Assembly: GCA_951406725.2 (NCBI GenBank)
Contig: OX597835.1
Location: 16,492,001-16,556,000 of the forward strand
DNA length: 64,000 nt
Source of the DNA: Octopus vulgaris
Taxonomy: Eukaryota
Direction of reading: 5' to 3'
The translations under genes and the position numbers were made by a program. The notes below the pieces were generated by a model. The model was not told where the DNA came from. It ran no database searches and worked only from the letters and a program-made list of their open reading frames with translations. Below are positions 40,286-53,170 of this stretch, piece by piece (position 1 is the stretch's first letter; each line of letters begins with the position of its first letter).

Positions 40286-40374
40286 CACATGTATGGTCAA
40301 AAGGGTTCCAGATGTGACCATCAAGTCATTTTTGAGAATGCGCCTAAGATTATATTGAAATATTTGTGTATGTG

Positions 40375-40411
<37 letters not shown>

Positions 40412-40496
40412 CACATGTATGGTCAAAAGGGTTCCAGATGTGACCATCAAGTCATTTTTGAGAATGCGCCTAAGATTATATTGAAATATTTGTGTA

Positions 40497-40541
<45 letters not shown>

Positions 40542-40634
40542 ATGTATGATCAAAAGGGTTCCAGATGTGACCATCAAGTCATTTTTGAGAATGCGTCTAA
40601 GATTATATTATTTGTGTATGTGCATGTGTGTGTG

Positions 40635-40681
<47 letters not shown>

Positions 40682-40877
40682 CACATGTATGGTCAAAAGG
40701 GTTCCAGATGTGACCATCAAGTCATTTTTGAGAATGCGCCTAAGATTATATTGAAATATTTGTGTATGTGCATGTGTGTGTGTGTGTGTGTGATACATGT
40801 ATGATCAAAAGGGTTCCAGACGTGACCATCAAGTCATTTTTGAGAATGCGTCTAAGATTATATTATTTGCATATGTG

Positions 40878-40914
<37 letters not shown>

Positions 40915-40998
40915 CACATGTATGATCAAAAGGGTTCCAGATGTGACCATCAAGTCATTTTTGAGAATGCGTCTAAGATTATATTATTTGCGTATGTG

Positions 40999-41033
<35 letters not shown>

Positions 41034-41224
41034 CACATGTATGGTCAAAAGGGTTCCAGATGTGACCATCAAGTCATTTTTGAGAATGCGTCTAAGATTA
41101 TATTATTTGTGTATGTGCATGTGTGTGTGTGTGTGTGTGACACATGTATGATCAAAAGGGTTCCAGATGTGACCATCAAGTCATTTTTGAGAATGCGTCT
41201 AAGATTATATTATTTGTGTATGTG

Positions 41225-41257
<33 letters not shown>

Positions 41258-41341
41258 CACATGTATGGTCAAAAGGGTTCCAGATGTGACCATCAAGTCA
41301 TTTTTAAGAATGCGTCTAAGATTATATTATTTGTGTATGTG

Positions 41342-41374
<33 letters not shown>

Positions 41375-41460
41375 CACATGTATGATCAAAAGGGTTCCAG
41401 ATGTGACCATCAAGTAATTTTTGAGAATGCGTCTAAGATTATATTATTTGCGTATGTGCA

Positions 41461-41499
<39 letters not shown>

Positions 41500-41500
41500 A
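39355..41500. repeat. Tandem array: 18 copies of an ~88-bp constant unit plus variable (GT)n
   Basis: The unit gacacatgtatg(a/g)tcaaaagggttccagatgtgaccatcaagtcatttttgagaatgcgtctaagattatattatttgtgtatgtgcat was counted 18 times. Confidence 0.95.
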
Positions 41501-42439
41501 TGCATGTGTGTGCGCATGTGTGTGTATGAATATATGTATAGATTGTTTTGTTGTGCTGTGCAGATTTTGTATAGTAAGAAAACAGAAGTAGAGTCTGAAT
41601 TTTGGATAATTATTTATTTAGCGCTTTCATCTTGTTTCAGAGAATTATCAGAACTGATGATTCTCAAAAAAAAAAAAGAGATAGAAGCACTAAATAAATA
41701 ATTATCCAAAATTCAGACTACTTCCTCTTACAATATATATATATATGTATGTATGAATGTATGTATGTTTTTATGTATGTATGTGTGTGTGTGTATATAT
41801 ATATAAATAATATAGGTGGCGTGTTTGCAATTTTACAACAAATATATATATATAAATCCCAATTGAGGAGTGGAACAGGTAAAATGCACACTACATATGT
41901 TTCTTAGCTAACTGAATTTCTTATGTAACTCTTGATGCCATCATCATCATCATCATCATTTAGCGTCCGCTTTCCATGCTAGCATGGGTTGGACAGTTCA
42001 ACTGGGGTCTGTGAAGCTGGAAGGCTTCATCAGGCCCAGTCAGATCTGGCAGTGTTTCTATGGCTGGATGCCCTTCCTAACGCCAACCACTAACGCCAAT
42101 AAATCTTTAATGTTCCTTATCATACACTGTAAAACTTTTTGTTTTTTATATATGCCTGCTATGCTCTGCTTGAAGCTAACTAACATCCTTCACTTTCTCT
42201 ATTTGTTTTTTTTCATTGTTCAATAAAAAGTTTGTTTCTATGTTTTTGTTTTTATGTTTTCGTTCTCATTGTGTTCAACGTTTTTTTTTATGTCTTGTAC
42301 CCATATATGCATGTATATATACATATATATATAGGTATGTACACATATATGCATGTATATATACATATATATATAGGTATGTATATATGCATATATTTAT
42401 ATATTATTTATATTATTATATGATCGAACGCCACGCATC

Positions 42440-42960
42440 CTTTTCTAGCATGGGTTGGACGGTTCAACTGGGGTCTGGGAAGCCAGAAGGCTGCACCAGA
42501 CCCAGTCTGATCAGGCAATGTTTCTATGGCTGGATGCCCTTCCTAACGCCAACCACTCCGTGAGTGTAGTGGGTGCTTTTTACGTGCCACTGGCACAGGT
42601 ACCAGACAGTGCTGGCAAATGGCCACGATCGGATGGTGCTTTTTACGTGTCACCGGCACGGGGGTCAGACAAGGCTGGCAACGGCCACAATCGGATGATG
42701 CTTTTTACGTGCCACCGGCACAGGTACCAGACAGGGCTGGCAAATGGCCACGATCGGATGGTGCTTTTTACGTGTCACCGGCACGGGGGTCAGACAAGGC
42801 TGGCAACGGCCACAATCGGATGGTGCTTTTTACATGCCACCGGCACAGGTACCAGGCAGGGCTGGCAAATGGCCACGATCGGATGGTGCATTTTACGTGC
42901 CACCGACACGGAGACCAGACGACGCTGGCAACGGCCATGGTCGGATAGTGCTTTTTATGT
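42440..42960 (-). mobile_element. SINE-like family E copy with six internal tandem units
   Basis: Units of 62-63 bp starting gtgctttttacgtg alternate A-B-A-B-A-C. Confidence 0.9.
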
Positions 42961-43024
42961 ATGTATGTATGTATGTATGTATAGGCCATCTTCTAGTTTT
43001 ACGTTGCCTGTTTATATATATTAT

Positions 43025-43860
43025 TCTTTTACTTGTTTCTGTCATCTGACTGTGGCCACACTGGAGCATTGCCTTGAAGTGTCTTTGTCAAACAAATCAA
43101 CCCCAGGACTTATTTTTTTTTTTAGTACTTATTCTATTGGTTTCTTTTGTAGAACCCTAAGTTACGAGGATGTAAACACACCAACACCTGTTGTTGAGCA
43201 GTGATGGGGAGACAAACACAGACACAAAAACACACTCAATAGATACATACATATATATAAATACAATGGGCTTCTTTCAGTTTCCGTCAACCAGATCCAC
43301 TTACAAGGCTTTGGTCAGCCAGAGGTTATAGTAGAAGACACTTGCCCAAGGTGCCACACAGTGGGACTGAACCTGGAACCATATGGTTGGGAAGCAAACT
43401 TCTTGTCACACAGCCACATCTGTGCATACACACATATATAAATATGCATGTATATCTCTCTCTTTTACTCTTTTACTTGTTTCAGTCATTTGACTGCGGC
43501 CATGCTGGAGCACCACCTTTAATCGAGCAACTCGACCCCGGGACTTATTCTTTTGTAATCCCAGTACTTATTCTATCGGTCTCTTTTGCCGAACCGCTAA
43601 GTAACTGGGACATAAACACACCAGCATCGGTTGTCAAGCAATGCTAGGGGGACAAACACAGACACACAAACACACACACGCATATATATACATATATACG
43701 ACAAGCTTCTTTCAGTTTCTGTCTACCAAATCCACTCACAAGGCTTTGGTCGGCCCGAGGCTATACTAGAAGACACTTGCCCAAGGTGCCACGCAGTGGG
43801 ACTGAACCCGGAACCATGTGGTTGGTAAACAAGCTACTTACCACACAGCCACTCCTGTGC
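43025..43860 (-). mobile_element. Two head-to-tail SINE family A copies (43025-43420 older, 43460-43860 younger)
   Basis: The full set of family A blocks occurs twice. Confidence 0.9.
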
Positions 43861-45399
43861 CTATGCTTACATATATTTTTATATAGTTTTATATATGGTT
43901 ACATCTTCAGTTTAGCTAGGTTCTAACCTCTAGTAAATAGATTACATACTAGTTGAAACAAGGCACGCTTTCACCAGGGTTAGTAGTCAGGTACCTGTGT
44001 AGCTTGGTTGGACCCGGCGGAGTATAATCCCTGCTACCATAGCTACAAAACAACCATTGTCTTTGTTGCACTGTTATGGGGTACTGAAATCGGGTTTTGC
44101 AATAGATATAGATATGTTTGTGTGTGTGGGGGGTGATGATAATCATCATATTATGTCCGCTTGCATTGACACACACTCAACCAGGAAATCCAACTTTGAT
44201 CTCCAAGTCACAACTTTCTTTTTACTTTCATGCGCTGGTGTATCTCAGGCAACATGGTTATGATATAGTATATATACATACATACATATATATGTGTGTG
44301 TGTTTATATATATATATATATATATATATGAATATTTATATATATATGTATTTGCATATATGACAGTCGTGGTGACTAGACAATAGTAATATTTTACAAG
44401 GGATATATGCATATGTGTGTGTGTGTGTGTATTTATATGTGCTTTTAATATATATATTTGTACAAATACATATATATATATTTATATAAATATATATATA
44501 TAAATATAAATATATACACGCACATATTTATATATATATATATATATATATACCGTCCAACCCATGCTAGCATGGAAAACGGACGCTAAACGATAATGAT
44601 GATGATGATGATATATATATACAAATATATATGTATATGTTTATATATATGTATGTATATATATATATATATACACACATACATATATGTGTGTGTGGGT
44701 GTGCTGAGAAGGATGGTGACTAGACACTGACATGTTAACCATGGTGGTGACTAGACAATAGTAATATATTGAGAGGGACTGGGCTCTATTGTAATATATT
44801 GACAATTTTGCAAGGTTGGGTCTCGGCAATGGTATTATATTAACAATAGTGGTGAATAGACAGTATTGATATATTGACTGATGTGCTGAGTAGATTGTGG
44901 TGGTGACTAGTGACCAGACTAGACAGGTAATGTCTTGAGAGACTGTGTAAGAAAGTATCAAAGTGGGAAACCAGGAGGAGAAAGGAGCCTTATAGGAAGA
45001 AGATAAATCAACAAATATTTGTCAATAATAAGATTGTATTATGTGAAGAGGAGGAGATAGGGGACATAGGTAAGATGGTTAATTATATGAGAAAGATAAT
45101 TATAGGTGGGATTGAATAATACCTATCGTTGTGGGGGGAAAATTTGAATATATTGTAGGACAGAAAATGATATAATCTATGGTGTTAGATTGGAATATAT
45201 ATAAGAAGGTTAGAAATGATATATTAGCTAAAGACGTGTCTGTAATAAATGGAAAATATTTCAAGATTGATTTATAATAAATAGCTGCCTTGTGTGTTCA
45301 TTAGTGGCCACAGAAATTAATGGGTCTTAAGTATTTGTAAGTCTTAGAAATCTTGTGAATAATAGATAAAGTATGATCAGAATATTTGTTTGGAAGAGG

Positions 45400-45990
45400 T
45401 GATGTTGTAAAGAAAACTTCTAGGTTTTTTCTGGTGCAGATGTTGCTTGATTTGTAATTACTTGAGTATGTGTTTGTCTTTTTCAGCTTTTTACAATTAA
45501 AGCAAAAGAGTATGGACTTACTATCTAGTTCCCAAATGTATGGAGCTAGTGGTGTCTGGTTAGATCTGTTTGAGTTTTCTAAAGGTGTGAGTATGAGTGT
45601 AATATCTTTATTTGAAATGGTTTCATGTCAAGCCAATATAAGTCTTTGAAGTATGAGTTGTTTACACCATGCATTGGTAGACAATAGCCTATGTTAAGCA
45701 GTTTGAGTCTATAGGACATGAATCACGGTTGAAGCAGTTGCATTGTATGTTGGTCCTTTGAATTTGGTGTTTGTTAATCTTAGAGATGTTGGACTTTGTG
45801 ATGCTTTGCACAAAGTTTTGGATAGTGGAGTTAGAAATTTTGACAGTATTTTTATTAGAAATTAAAAAGTATATGTGAAGTGTGTGGTAACATTTTTTTT
45901 TGAAGGCGTATGAAGAACACTCTTGTTATTCTGTTTGTTACTGCTACAGTGTAGGGTGGGTTATACAATCTAATGTTTCTATGTCTATTG
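45400..45990 (-). pseudogene. Decayed Penelope-like element, linker and GIY-YIG endonuclease region
   Basis: Hand translation gives RHRNIRLYNPPY..., CNCFNRDSCPIDSNCLT*AIVYQCMV*TTHTSKTYIGLT*NHFK*RYYTHTHTF..., LAPYIWEL. These are the NPPY, CxC...CP...C and IVY...YIG motifs of PLE ORFs, with many stops. Confidence 0.8.
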
Positions 45991-46670
45991 TAGTTTAGGA
46001 TTCTGTTTGTGGCATAGTTGTATATCATCTTGTCTTTTAACCATTTCTATGTCAGGCAACATAGTATTTTGATTAGTTCATTGACATTTGTTTATTAGCA
46101 CATAGATTTGAGAATCTGTGAGATGATTTTAATTAAGTTTAAATTAAGTTTCTTGTGGTAGTTTTGTGGTGAGAAGGTTGCTTCACAACTGCATGGTTCT
46201 GGGTGCAGTAGAATTACTGGAAGTGAGGGCTCCCTAGCTGTTGTCACAACATCCTTCTAAGAGAGGGACACCCTGATGTAAAACCTGTAGTTTCATGTGA
46301 TTACTGGTCACCTTGCTTTGACTGGTCCCTAGGTACCATTCATGGAGACTCAGTGAGAGGTTCTTGTGTTGTGCAAGTGCTTACTGCTATAATCAGTGAC
46401 ATACAGACGTCTCTTTATGATGACCATATTCATCAATTGATTCACTGAAAGCCATAAGGCAATGGAAAAGTAGACCTAACCAGCTGGAAGTGAGATACAA
46501 CGTTCATTTGTCACTATGCTCTAAACCACATGGATCTGCAATGAGACTGAATCAGTCATCTGAGAGATCATGGACAGAAAGTCGGAAATGCTATTGATAA
46601 TGACAAATCATCAGAGACAGCATCCTTAAAGTTGGAGCAAGCACCACATGTGTATGTATGTATGTATGTA

Positions 46671-47168
46671 TGTCGGGTTGTCGGCGACTAAACCGGCAAC
46701 CCCACCAAGCTTGCTTGGTGAGGAGGGTGTTTATTGGACACCCTGCGGGATGAAAAACAAAATCCATCAAAGGGTGGAGGAACTCTTGAGAGTCAATGGC
46801 CATCCAATAAATGTCTTAAGGCTGTATCATGCACGGGGACATAGAAATAATCGGACTGAATACCCAATTGCACAGTTAAACCATTGGGAGTGAAGGATTC
46901 CTAGCCTTTGTTAAGGCATCCTTCTAGGAGAAGGTAACTCAGGTAACTGGGATAACTCCGACATAAAACCTGCGGCTCAGTGGTTACCGATGATGTTGAC
47001 TTGTTCTTCTTTTCGGATTATGGCTACTGTTGCTTAGTGAGTGAGATTGACTCAGTGCACAGCCTTTCCTCACTTTAAAAAAAGATCTTCTTGCACAGGC
47101 ATTGCATGATAACAACATTGATTAAGCTTCGCGCAATGGCCATACTCGATAACGAGGGGGCAGCCATA
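46671..47168 (+). mobile_element. Short RTE-derived non-autonomous element inserted in (TATG)n
   Basis: Contains ggcatccttctaggagaaggtaactc, which resembles the conserved RTE 5' UTR motif. It is CpG-retaining and flanked on both sides by (TATG)n. Confidence 0.55.
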
Positions 47169-48559
47169 ATGTATGTATGTATGTAGATAATGATGCAAAT
47201 GAACAAATAAAATCACTTGGGTAAGATATATAAAGTAAGAGCTAATGCAGTTTCACACTTCTTGAAAAATGCAGTTAAAAAAAAAATTTTTTGGCATTCC
47301 TACATTTTAGATTACGGATATACAAAAAAAATTTTTTTTAAATTTCACCCCCACCCCATTTAAATTTTAGATTTTGTTTACTTTAAAGAGATTATAGCAA
47401 ATTGATGAACATATGCAAATCGAAATTAAATATAGGCAAAAACATTAATGTGAAAAGAATTTGCATTTTACTTGTGTTTGCCTTAAATAATCGTAAATAA
47501 GAATTTAATGTAGATTAAATATACATCATTTTATGAGAAACAAACATTAATGTTTAATAATTAATGTTACAGAGATGTACTTGCATAGCAAGTGATTTGA
47601 TCTGAGATCGTGTGCTGAAACAAAAACAATTGCAGCGTGGAAGGTGTTTGTAAGCCATTTAAGAAACACACAAAAGCCGTTCGATTCACTTCAACATTTA
47701 AGTTTAATTTGTCAAAATATTTTCATCGCTTTAAGACCGCGACCTGTTCACTGACAAAAATCCGCGCAAGTTTAATAAGGGGCTCAAATTTCACCCTTTC
47801 ACCCAATTTTAAGTTTTTAACCTTTTCATCCATTTATTTATTTATCTGTCTATCTATCTATCCTTATCTGTTTATTCATAAAATATATTTGTCAACTAAA
47901 TGTGGCAGTCCTATAGAAGATGGTATTACTGTTGTTTTTAGCCCGAGGTAGACATTCATATCTATCTATCTCTTTATACACTTATCTATATGCTTACTGA
48001 ATTTAAAATTCTCAAAACGTGGTTTCTTGCATATCCAGAATCTCCGACATCTAAAATGCAGGAATCCGAAAAAATAAAAAAATATAAATGCATTTTTCAA
48101 GGAGAGGTGGGAAACTGCATTCACCCCATAAAGTATATGTACATATATACATGTGAATAGAAAGAAACCAAAACTGGAGATATTCCGATGATGAACATTC
48201 ATGTATAGATATATTTATTTATTTGATTTTATCTAGTTTCAGCTCATGAGCTGTGGCCATGCTGGGGCACCGCCATATATAGATATTTATATATTAATAG
48301 AATAGATTTACAGAGTACAAAAAACACAGAAGCTCAAAGGGTTGAAGGCATGGTGATTCAGGCCCGACAGCTGTTTCTGGAGGCTAAGAAGTATATAATG
48401 ATGTTGGTAGATGCAGTTCACAAAAAGTCCAGAATATGGAACCAGTGTTGGATAAATATTAACATTAGGTAAATCTGGCCTCTTTCTTCAGGTGATTACA
48501 TCCACTGCCAGTCTTTGTTAGTGGGTGTCATTCTTTTTATGGAAGGTTTTTTTTTTTTA

Positions 48560-48708
48560 CCAACCACATGGTTCTGGGTTCAGTCCCACTGTGTGGCACT
48601 TTGGGCAAGTGTCTTCTACTATAGCCTCGGGCTGACCAAAGCCTTATGAGTGGATTTGGTAGATGGAAACTGAAAGAATCCCATTGTATATATGTATATG
48701 TATGTATG

Positions 48709-48777
<69 letters not shown>

Positions 48778-48975
48778 CTGTGTTTGTCCCCTCAACATCG
48801 CTTGCCAACCGATGCTGGTATGTTTACATTCCCGTAACTTAGCGGTTTGGCAAAAAGAGACCGATAGAATAAGTGCTAGGCTTACAAAGAATAAGTCCTG
48901 GGGGTAGATTTGCTTGACTAAAGGCGGTGCTCCAGCATGGCCGCAGTCAAATGACTGAAACAAGTAAAAGAGTAA
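48560..48975 (+). mobile_element. SINE family A (head slightly truncated)
   Basis: ccaaccacatggttctgggttcagtccc...gaaacaagtaaaagagtaaa. Confidence 0.9.
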
Positions 48976-49183
48976 ACTAGACTTTTCGCTAAACACACTT
49001 ATCATATTTACTCGTTTATGTCATGAGAAATTTAATACAAAACATCTGGGTCAAAATTGCAGGGAGAACATTATACTGGAGTGTAAAAAATAGATAAGAT
49101 AATAACATATAGATTATTGGGTTTATTTTTAAGCACAAGAACTGGGCTCCTATCGTTATGGCAATAGAATTGCATTTGTGCAA

Positions 49184-49235
<52 letters not shown>

Positions 49236-49699
49236 CTACATTGAGTTCAGTAGATGTCATCATCATCATCATCACCACCACCACCACCACTATTATCATC
49301 ATCAGCATCATTTTCATCATCATCATCATCATTGTCGTTGTCGTCATCATCATCATCATTTAGCTGCCATAGGTCACACGATTTGACAGGAGCTGGCAAG
49401 CCAGAGCTCCAGTATCTGATTTTGTAAGATATGATTAAACTGGATACTCTTCCTATCACCAACCACCAACCACTTTACAGAGTTCTGGGTGTTTTTTTTT
49501 TTTTGTGGCACCAACATCAATGAGGTGACTAAGTAACTTGCAAGACAAGGCAAGGGAGGTAGATTTATGCTAGGTCATTATCATTTAGCATCTGCATTCC
49601 ATGTTGTCTATTTGACAGGAACTGGTGAACCAGAGGACTGTGTCAAGATCTGATGTCTGATTTGGTATAATACAATTAAGCTGGATGCTCTTCCTATCA

Positions 49700-50045
49700 C
49701 CAACTGCCAACCACCAACCACCAACGGCCAACCATCAACCACCAACCACCAACCATCAACCACTGACTGCCAACCATCAACTGCCAACTGTCATCCACCA
49801 ACCATCAACTGCCAGTTGTCAACCATCAACCATCAATCACCAACCATCAACCACCAACCACCAATCGTCAGCCATCAACCACCAACTGCCAACCATCAAT
49901 CACCAACCACCAACCGCCAACCATCAACCACTAACTGCCAATCGTCAGCTATCAACCACTAGCTGCCAAACATCAACCGCCAACCATGAACCACCAACCG
50001 CCAACCGTCAGCCACCAACCATCAACCACCAATTGACAACAACCA
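49700..50045. repeat. Degenerate heptamer minisatellite (caaccac/caaccat/caactgc)
   Basis: About 50 heptamers, producing the TANHQPP-repeat pseudo-ORF. Confidence 0.9.
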
Positions 50046-50404
50046 AGCAATTAACAGAATTTTGAGTGCTTTATTTGTGGAACCAACCCCAACGAGGTGA
50101 CTAAGACAAGATATGTCAGGGAGGAAGATTTATGCCAGGTAACAAGAGGCGAAAGTATCATCAAGAGACAGGTGCAGGTGTCTTACTGTAAAGGAAATAC
50201 TTGGTTACTCCTCTTATAAAAGAGAGAAAAGATGGTGGTGAAGGACAAACCTTCAAGTTAAAAGAAGGTAATAATCAGTTATTTATGGAACAGAGCAGAA
50301 AAGAAGTCACCAATTTCTTGTTCTACAAATCTGAGATGGTAAGATGGTAACAGTAAAGTTATAACACCTTCAGAACAACTGAAATTATAATTTTTAAATA
50401 CACA

Positions 50405-51255
50405 TAGCTGTACTTTTCCCATCGATGACAACAGTTGCTCTGCGAAAACTATCAGTCTCGTTAATTCCGGACATTCCACAAATGCATGCAAGACGGTTTC
50501 CCTGTCCTGCCTGCACCTCGAACATGTCAGCGAGACGGCACTTCCGTGCCTTGACAGTTTATCACGAACAGGTAACGCCTCACGGAAACACTGCCAGGCC
50601 AGCGATTTCTGGTAATTGTCCAGATACCCCAGCCTGAAAGTTCTCTGGAACAGGTTGATCAACTGATTTTCATCATAGCCCACGATCTCCCCCGAGGCGT
50701 CTTTGGACTTAACCTCCGCTAACCCACTATAGAAATCCGTGGTGGAACTCCTATTGCCAGCATTGCCTGCCCGAGAGAGTAGCTGAAGTGCCTGGCGGCA
50801 CTCCAGTTCCCTGTCCCCCAGCCTAGGTCTCTGCTTGATCCAATTACCAATGTCTGTTAAGGACATTAATTGCGGAAGGTAGAACTGGACGTGCGGTGAC
50901 CACACCTGCTCTCCATCCAGGTAAAGCCAGAAATGCCTTAACCTTAATACGAATTTTCGCATCCTCAGCCAAGGCATCCCTAGCCCACCCTTTAGCGGTT
51001 TCTGGCAGCAGACAGAGCGCTTCACGAGTGGCTTTCCTCCCTTCCACAAAAAGCAGAAAAGGATTCTCTCCAACTTGTTCAGCCACAAATCAGGGCAAGG
51101 CACCACGGTCAGACGGTAGGTGGTAACCAATGCTATAAACATCTGCACCACCTCCGCCTTTCCTATCGAGGATAACGCCCGTCCAGACCAGGTCTGGGTT
51201 AGAGCAGACACCTTGCTGGCCACCTCACTCCAATTTTTCTCTATCTGGAGGCAGC
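50405..51255 (-). mobile_element. L1/Tx1-clade LINE ORF2 fragment (post-RT region and zinc knuckle)
   Basis: [15 protein letters not shown]...FLWKGGKPLVKRSVCCQKPLKGGLGM...AWQCFREALPV...CSRC...ETVLHAFVECP are hallmark L1/Tx1 motifs. The fragment is truncated at both ends. Confidence 0.92.
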
Positions 51256-51279
51256 TTAACACAGACATACAAAATACAA

Positions 51280-51314
<35 letters not shown>

Positions 51315-52832
51315 CATATATATGTACATATATATGTGTATATATATATACACATATACATATATATATATACACACACACATATACATGTATATATATA
51401 TATATACGACAGGCTTCTTTCAGTTTCCATCTACCAAATCCACTCACAAGGCTTTAGTAGAAGAGCTATAGTAGAAGACACTTACCAAGGTGTTACGCAG
51501 TAGGACTGAACCTGGTTCTATGTGGCTGGGAAGCAAGCTTCTTACCATACAGCCACGCCTGCGTCTATGTATGTGTGTGTACATTCATATGCACATACAC
51601 ACATACGTACACAATTCCGAAGATACTAAATCAGGAATTCATTAAATGTATACATACATTCGGTAAAGTGCATCTACAAAGACTCACACAAAAAATACAC
51701 ACGCACACAAATACTATTGTGGATCCTCAATTGACTATTTTGTTGCGTGGACCCCACAAAATCTTATACGAACCCTTAGGGGTCATATAAACCTCCGGTT
51801 GAGAATAACTAGCATAAAGGTTCCCCTTGTTGACTAAGGTTCATGGGAGATAAATCCTGCTCTGAGTAATGATAAATAAAAGAGGCGTTTTAGATTTACC
51901 TCCCTTATAAACCACTATCGGATACAAGGGAGGTAATCCCATACTAAAGACTGGTATATTATGAGAAAATTTAACGCTGGAATTGGTGAGAGGAGAGTAG
52001 GCGAATGAATACGGTATCAGAATATTATTATTTTTTTTTTTACTTGTGTCAGTCATTAGACTGCAACCATGCTGGGGTATCGCCTTGAGGAATTTTTAGT
52101 CGACTGAATCGAGCTGTGATATTTGTTGTCGTTGCTTAGCTCCAGGTCAAGATTCTTGTGGTGACTACCTTGGCTTTTCAGACATAGTTTATCTTGGACT
52201 ACACTGTCTAAAGTGTTTAAAAAAACAACCCCCCCCCCCCACAAAAAATAATCACACAGAAGGTCTATTATTGGCTTGATATCATGATATTATCACATTA
52301 GATGTTGAGAAGATAGCCAAAGTAGTCTAGCATCCGTGCCAGGGGCGCTGGTTCATCTCATACACTCTTTCAGCCACATATCTTTATGCCAGTTCTGCTT
52401 TTAAAATAAGAGTTTATTTTTCCTTCTATTCATAATTAAAAAGATGAGAGCATCCATTGTTAGTTGCTTGGTCACACTAAAACAGTCACATTACCTTATA
52501 AGGAAATATTCAATATCCTTCCCCTTTTCCTCATTATCAGCGTCATTTTAAATCCACTTTCTATGCTGGCATGGTTTGGATGGATTGTTGTGGAGTGAGT
52601 CAGTTGCTTGAATTACTTCCCTGCTTTAAGCATGGCCAGACAACACTACCTCTTTCACCCATTTTCCTTTGGATATCATTCCTATGTCTGGATGTACTTC
52701 CTACCACCGTCCTTTTTACTGAATACATTTTTCATGGCATCAGCATCAATGGAATTGGTATGCCTTTTAAATCCTGTATTTTCCTATTTGCCAAAACACA
52801 CACATGCAAACACTCACACACACGTATATATA

Positions 52833-53170
52833 TCATCATCATCATCGTTTAACGTCCGTTCTCCATGCTAGCATGGGTTGGACGGTTTGACCGGGGATCT
52901 GGGAAGCCAGAAGGCTGCACCAGGCTCCAGTCTAATCTGGGAGCGTTTCTACAGCTGGATGCCCTTCCTAACACTAACCACTCTGTGAGTGTAGTGGGTG
53001 CTTTTTATGTACCACCTGCACAGGTGCCAGGCAACGGCCACGATTGGATTGGTGCATTTTACGTGCCACCGGCACGGAAGCCAGTCAAGGCCATGCTGGC
53101 ATCGGCCACGATTTGGATGGTGCTTTTTACGTGCCACCGGCATGGATGGAAGCCAGTCAAGGCGGCGCTG
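52833..53170 (-). mobile_element. SINE-like family E copy
   Basis: catcatcatcgtttaacgtccg...ggatgcccttcctaac, followed by internal units. Confidence 0.85.

Noticed and set aside
39355-41500. CRISPR-like repeat-spacer appearance
   Set aside because: The spacers are only (GT)n, the repeat is ~88 bp, there are no cas genes, and the context is eukaryotic.
42455-43204. 249-aa ORF with repeated GAFYVPP motifs
   Set aside because: It is a read-through of SINE-like family E tandem units and a family A tail.
50279-51430. 383-aa ORF as a host gene
   Set aside because: Its core is an L1/Tx1 fragment, and the N-terminus is SINE plus microsatellite.
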